Below, piece by piece: positions 59,974-64,000 of a stretch of 64,000 nt of DNA. Origin of the DNA: Minisyncoccia bacterium (lineage in GTDB: Bacteria; Patescibacteriota; Minisyncoccia; Phycocordibacterales; UBA9973). Location: positions 19,258 through 83,257 of the forward strand of contig JBBQGF010000001.1 in NCBI GenBank assembly GCA_038322745.1, written 5' to 3'. A program made the translations under genes and the position numbers. The stretch's first letter is position 1; each line of letters opens with the position of its first letter. The notes below the pieces were generated by a model. The model searched no databases. It was not told the DNA's origin and saw nothing but the letters and a program-made list of their open reading frames with translations.

Positions 59974-61467
59974 TTATTCATTTTCCTTTGGTTTCATTGT
60001 AGGAAAAAATATAACATCACGAAGATTTTTCTGTTCTGTAAATATTGAGACTAATCTGTCTATACCCATACCGAAACCTGTCATTGGTGGCATTCCATGT
60101 TCCATAGCAGTGAGGAATCCTTCATTTACATCCATAGCTTCTTCATCACCAATATCTTTTGCTTTTGATTGTGATTCTAGAAGTTCTCTTTGAATTATTG
60201 GATTAACTAATTCTGCATATTGGTTTGTAATTTCAGCTCCAGCAATAACTAACTGACAAACTTTTGCTGTACCATTACTATTTTGTTGAGCAAGAGGTTT
60301 TAAATCTCCAGGAAAATCTGTAACAAAAGTAGGATTTATAATTTTACCTCTTGAAGATTTTTTATAAATTTTATCAAGTAAGTTACCTCGTCCTAATTTT
60401 TTGACTTCTTCTTCTTTCACCCCCCATTTGAGTGCTTCTAATCTCGCATCTTCAATAGTTATAGTTTCTATATCTATATTTGCATTATCTTTCATCAGCT
60501 GTCCAAAAGAAATTCTTTTCCAATCACTATTAATATCTATATCAACAGTATTACCTTCGTTGTCATAAACCTTATAAATTGTTTTATTCATTAAATCAGT
60601 TGCAATTGATTTAATAAGTTCTTCTGTCCAAGCCATATTTGTCTCTAGAGTCTGATATGCTGCATACCACTCTATCATTGTAAATTCTTGAATATGAGTT
60701 GGGTCAGAACCTTCATTTCTAAAATTCTTACCAATTTCATAAACTCTCTCATAACCACCAGTCAAAAGAATCTTGTGATCAAGTTCAAGTGCAATACGAA
60801 GAACCATTGGTATATCATAATCATGATGATGCGTATTAAAAGTTTTTGCCATAGCACCACCTGCTTGATTTTGAAGTATTGGGGTTTCTATTTCTAAGAA
60901 ATTCTTATTATCAAAATATGCTCTTATAAATTTTACAATTTTAGAACGTAAGACAAAGCGATTATATACATCTGCATCCATACATATATCTAAATATCTT
61001 TTTCTATAAGTTTCTTCTACATCTTGAAGTCCGTGCCATTTATCAGGAAGTGGTAAAAGTGATTTTGTTGCCATCCTCCAATCTTTTATTAAAATACTCT
61101 GTTCTCCTCTCTGAGTTATAAATAATGAACCAGTGACAGAAATAAAATCTCCATTATCAACAGTATCAACAAATAGATCAAATAATTCTTCTGAAAGTGT
61201 ATCTTTCTTTAGAACAGCTTGAAAACGAGTACAACCATCTTGAAGAACAATAAATAAAATCGCTCCTTGTCCACGAACAATCATAACTCTTCCTGCAATT
61301 GATATATTTTTTTCATCTGAAATTTTTAAAATTTCATCGAAAGAATCTTTTATTTCTTTTATTGAATAATCACGAAGTACAGAAACAGGATACGGATTCA
61401 TACCCGCATCGTTTAATTTAGTAATTTTATTTAGTCGCGCAGAGCGCAATTCTTCTATAGATGCCAT
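59974..61467 (-). CDS. lysS: lysine--tRNA ligase (class II)
   Basis: YRKRYLD, GGA.A..F.THH, FRNEG..H..EFT, GMPP..G.G.GIDRL; start moved to ATG 61467. Confidence 0.96.
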   Translation of the reverse strand: MASIEELRSARLNKITKLNDAGMNPYPVSVLRDYSIKEIKDSFDEILKISDEKNISIAGRVMIVRGQGAILFIVLQDGCTRFQAVLKKDTLSEELFDLFVDTVDNGDFISVTGSLFITQRGEQSILIKDWRMATKSLLPLPDKWHGLQDVEETYRKRYLDICMDADVYNRFVLRSKIVKFIRAYFDNKNFLEIETPILQNQAGGAMAKTFNTHHHDYDIPMVLRIALELDHKILLTGGYERVYEIGKNFRNEGSDPTHIQEFTMIEWYAAYQTLETNMAWTEELIKSIATDLMNKTIYKVYDNEGNTVDIDINSDWKRISFGQLMKDNANIDIETITIEDARLEALKWGVKEEEVKKLGRGNLLDKIYKKSSRGKIINPTFVTDFPGDLKPLAQQNSNGTAKVCQLVIAGAEITNQYAELVNPIIQRELLESQSKAKDIGDEEAMDVNEGFLTAMEHGMPPMTGFGMGIDRLVSIFTEQKNLRDVIFFPTMKPKENE

Positions 61468-61471
61468 ATCT

Positions 61472-61936
61472 CTATTGTATATCAACTAGAGTGTATTTGA
61501 CTAGCCCATTTGGAGTTTTAATTGAAACTACATCATCTTTCTTCTTTCCGAAAAGTGCTTCACCTATGGGAGATTTATTTGAAATTTTATTATGTACCAT
61601 ATCTGCCTCTTCAGCTCCTACAATACTATAAGTAATTAAATCTTTTGAACCATCTTTTTTTACAACTACAGTTGTACCAATCTCAACTTTTGAGCTTTTA
61701 TGCTTTTTTACTACAACAGCTGATTGAAGCATATATTCAATTTGGTTTATACGGTCCTCTGTTTTACCTTGATCTTCACGAGCTTGATGATATTCTGCGT
61801 TTTCTGATAAATCACCAAGTGCCTTTGCAGCTTCAAGAGATTCTAAAATCTCTTTTCTTTTAAAGGTTTTAAGTGTTTTAAGTTCATCTATTAAAGATTG
61901 CTTTTTCTCTTCTGTTATATAATTTATTTCTTCCAT
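61472..61936 (-). CDS. greA: transcription elongation factor GreA
   Basis: GDLSENAEY; IS..SPIG.AL.GK. Confidence 0.96.
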   Translation of the reverse strand: MEEINYITEEKKQSLIDELKTLKTFKRKEILESLEAAKALGDLSENAEYHQAREDQGKTEDRINQIEYMLQSAVVVKKHKSSKVEIGTTVVVKKDGSKDLITYSIVGAEEADMVHNKISNKSPIGEALFGKKKDDVVSIKTPNGLVKYTLVDIQ

Positions 61937-61987
61937 AATTTGCAGATTGTAGCAATAATAGGCATAAATGTCAAAGAAATATTCTAA

Positions 61988-63685
61988 TTATTTAAAATAC
62001 TCTGCGGTATAAACACTCATATAATCAACTATTTCGCTCATAACCCTAGTTGCATTTCCTGATGCTGCTTTTGGTCCACGTTCCATTAAAATTGCAAATG
62101 CGTATTTCGGTTTTTCATATGGAAAAAATCCAATAATCCAAGAGTTGGTATTAGTATTTCCATAACCAATCTGAGCAGTTCCTGATTTTGCAGCTACTTT
62201 GACAGAAGATAGATTAAGTGCTGTAGCAGTACCTTCTGTTACTGCCATACGCATACCTTCTTCTATAACTTTTGTTTTAGTCAAATCAATCGGAATAATT
62301 GTTTTTTTATCTTCTAAATTTTTATCTGAAAATATTATATGGGGTGTATTTAATACACCATCATTTGCAATACCTGCCACAGCACGTGCCATAGATAAAG
62401 GTGTAACTTGAAAGCCATATTGTCCAATAGACGTATTGTATGTATCACCAACTCTCCATGCATCACCTTTAAATGTTTTTAATTTCCATTCTGGAGTAGG
62501 AATATTTCCAGATTTTTCAGAACCTATATCAATACCTGTTTTTTCTCCAATACCAAATAATCGAGCATATTTATCAATATTTAAAATACCTAATCCACGT
62601 TGGCTTTCAAAACCTCCTCCTATTTCATAGAAGTAAACATCTGAAGAAATAGCAATTGCTTTCCTCATATCAACATAACCAAAGGAGCCATGGTCTATAA
62701 ATACTGATTTTTTTTCAGGAAAATATGGATTTGGTATAGAAATAGAACCATTTGATAATATTTGTTTCAACGGGCTTATCACCTCTTCTGAAAGAGCCCC
62801 ATATGCAACAAAAGGTTTTACAATAGAACCAGGAGTATATAAACCAGAAATAGGACGATTAAGGAAAACTTTTCTATTATCTGAAAAATAACTACTAATA
62901 ATTTTTTTATCACTACCATTTGATAAAATATTTGAGTTGTATTCTGGATAACTTGTTATTGCTAAAATCTCACCATTATTTATATCCATTAAAACGCCTG
63001 CCCCGCCAGAAAATGAAGCATTTGTCGCCATTGAAGATATAGAATCATACATTTTTTTTTGAATTCTACTATCAATAGAAAGTTTTATATTTTCACCAGA
63101 GATGGGGGGAGTAACTACATTTTCATATTGGATTGTTCCTTTTACATCAGTTTCTGTTATACGAACACCATTTTCCCCAGTTAGTTTATTATTATAAGAT
63201 TTTTCAACACCATCTTTACCTATAAAAGAATCTTGCCAATAATTACCGGATGAATCTTTTGCAGGAGAACTAACATAACCAAGTAATAATCCAAATCCAG
63301 AGTTATCAATATATGATCTAGCTGGTGAAGAAAATTTATTTAAATCTTCCTTACTCCAAGTATTCCAAGCAAGGAGCACATCATTTCTATCATAAATTAA
63401 ACCACGATCAGCAAAAATAGGTTGTTTCATTAAAGTATTATTTTCACTTTTTTTATAATATGCTTCTCCTTTTAATATCTGAAGGTTTCCGAGTTTAAAA
63501 ATAAATACAAAAGCACAACAAATAAAAAATATACCTAAAATTAAAATAGATTTTTTCGGTATTGCTTTTTCGAGACGACCTTCGAATTGTTGTGTATTGA
63601 AATCAGGTAAATTTTTAGAATCAAGAAAAATCTCATCTGGAGCAATATCTCTCTTTATATAGTTATGATTTATATGAAATTTCAT
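61988..63685 (-). CDS. mrdA: penicillin-binding protein 2 (elongation, class B)
   Basis: RGLIYDRN, GSIVK (SxxK), SSDVYFY, SIGQ, KSGTAQ. Confidence 0.88.
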   Translation of the reverse strand: MKFHINHNYIKRDIAPDEIFLDSKNLPDFNTQQFEGRLEKAIPKKSILILGIFFICCAFVFIFKLGNLQILKGEAYYKKSENNTLMKQPIFADRGLIYDRNDVLLAWNTWSKEDLNKFSSPARSYIDNSGFGLLLGYVSSPAKDSSGNYWQDSFIGKDGVEKSYNNKLTGENGVRITETDVKGTIQYENVVTPPISGENIKLSIDSRIQKKMYDSISSMATNASFSGGAGVLMDINNGEILAITSYPEYNSNILSNGSDKKIISSYFSDNRKVFLNRPISGLYTPGSIVKPFVAYGALSEEVISPLKQILSNGSISIPNPYFPEKKSVFIDHGSFGYVDMRKAIAISSDVYFYEIGGGFESQRGLGILNIDKYARLFGIGEKTGIDIGSEKSGNIPTPEWKLKTFKGDAWRVGDTYNTSIGQYGFQVTPLSMARAVAGIANDGVLNTPHIIFSDKNLEDKKTIIPIDLTKTKVIEEGMRMAVTEGTATALNLSSVKVAAKSGTAQIGYGNTNTNSWIIGFFPYEKPKYAFAILMERGPKAASGNATRVMSEIVDYMSVYTAEYFK

Positions 63686-63948
63686 TTATTATTATACAAA
63701 ATTATATGATTTTTTAAGAATTGAGCTATGAAATAAAAAACAATTATAATTAAATAAATTAAGGTTGAGTAACTAAATAATGAATTATCTGGAATAGATG
63801 ATAGTACATAAATTATAATAATTGTAGCTATAAATTCATAGAAATTTTTAAATATAAATAACCCTAAAATAGCCAAAAAAACTGTTAACCACCAAGGTAA
63901 AAGGAATATAAATAGGAACAAAATTATATCAAAAAAAATCCTTTTCAT
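63682..63948 (-). CDS. small membrane protein
   Basis: hydrophobic ORF overlapping the mrdA start; ATG 63948 lies just after TGTATAAT. Confidence 0.7.
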   Translation of the reverse strand: MKRIFFDIILFLFIFLLPWWLTVFLAILGLFIFKNFYEFIATIIIIYVLSSIPDNSLFSYSTLIYLIIIVFYFIAQFLKNHIILYNNK

Positions 63949-64000
63949 ATAGGTATTATACAAGACAAAGAGCTTATTTGACAAATATTACTATCTATTT

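Overview
AT-rich bacterial chromosome segment using genetic code 11 (TGA is a stop). Gene content and style point to Patescibacteria/CPR, most likely a Parcubacteria (Nomurabacteria-like) lineage; this is an inference. Housekeeping content: pfkB/fba, rplY, rpmE-prfA, a complete atp operon, SAM-I riboswitch-metK, an alkD-lexA-PIF1-like helicase repair cluster, engB, a minimal pyruvate kinase with a D-2-hydroxyacid dehydrogenase, a DEAD-box helicase, rarA, rpmA, rplI, ctpA, rsmI, mraZ-rsmH-ftsL-ftsI-murF, lysS-greA-mrdA, and tRNA-Ile(GAT) and tRNA-Glu(CTC). Many single-gene orphan cassettes lie between these. No CRISPR array, rRNA, integrase or transposase was seen. The most striking unexplained structure is a non-coding element directly downstream of both tRNA genes. 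The two copies share one architecture: a split antisense copy of their own tRNA's 3' end around a 9-bp/4-nt hairpin, further stems, a conserved 18-nt motif CGATAARTGTACTCAYGG, then a direct repeat of the tRNA 3' end starting at T-loop position 60. The scaffold is constant while the tRNA-matching segments differ. Other signals: a MITE-like element inserted at two start codons, a Gram-positive-type LexA box filling a promoter spacer, four orphan genes with long 5' leader hairpins, a candidate ~190-nt ncRNA, and several unannotated small ORFs. All calls come from reading the sequence by eye; no database searches were run.
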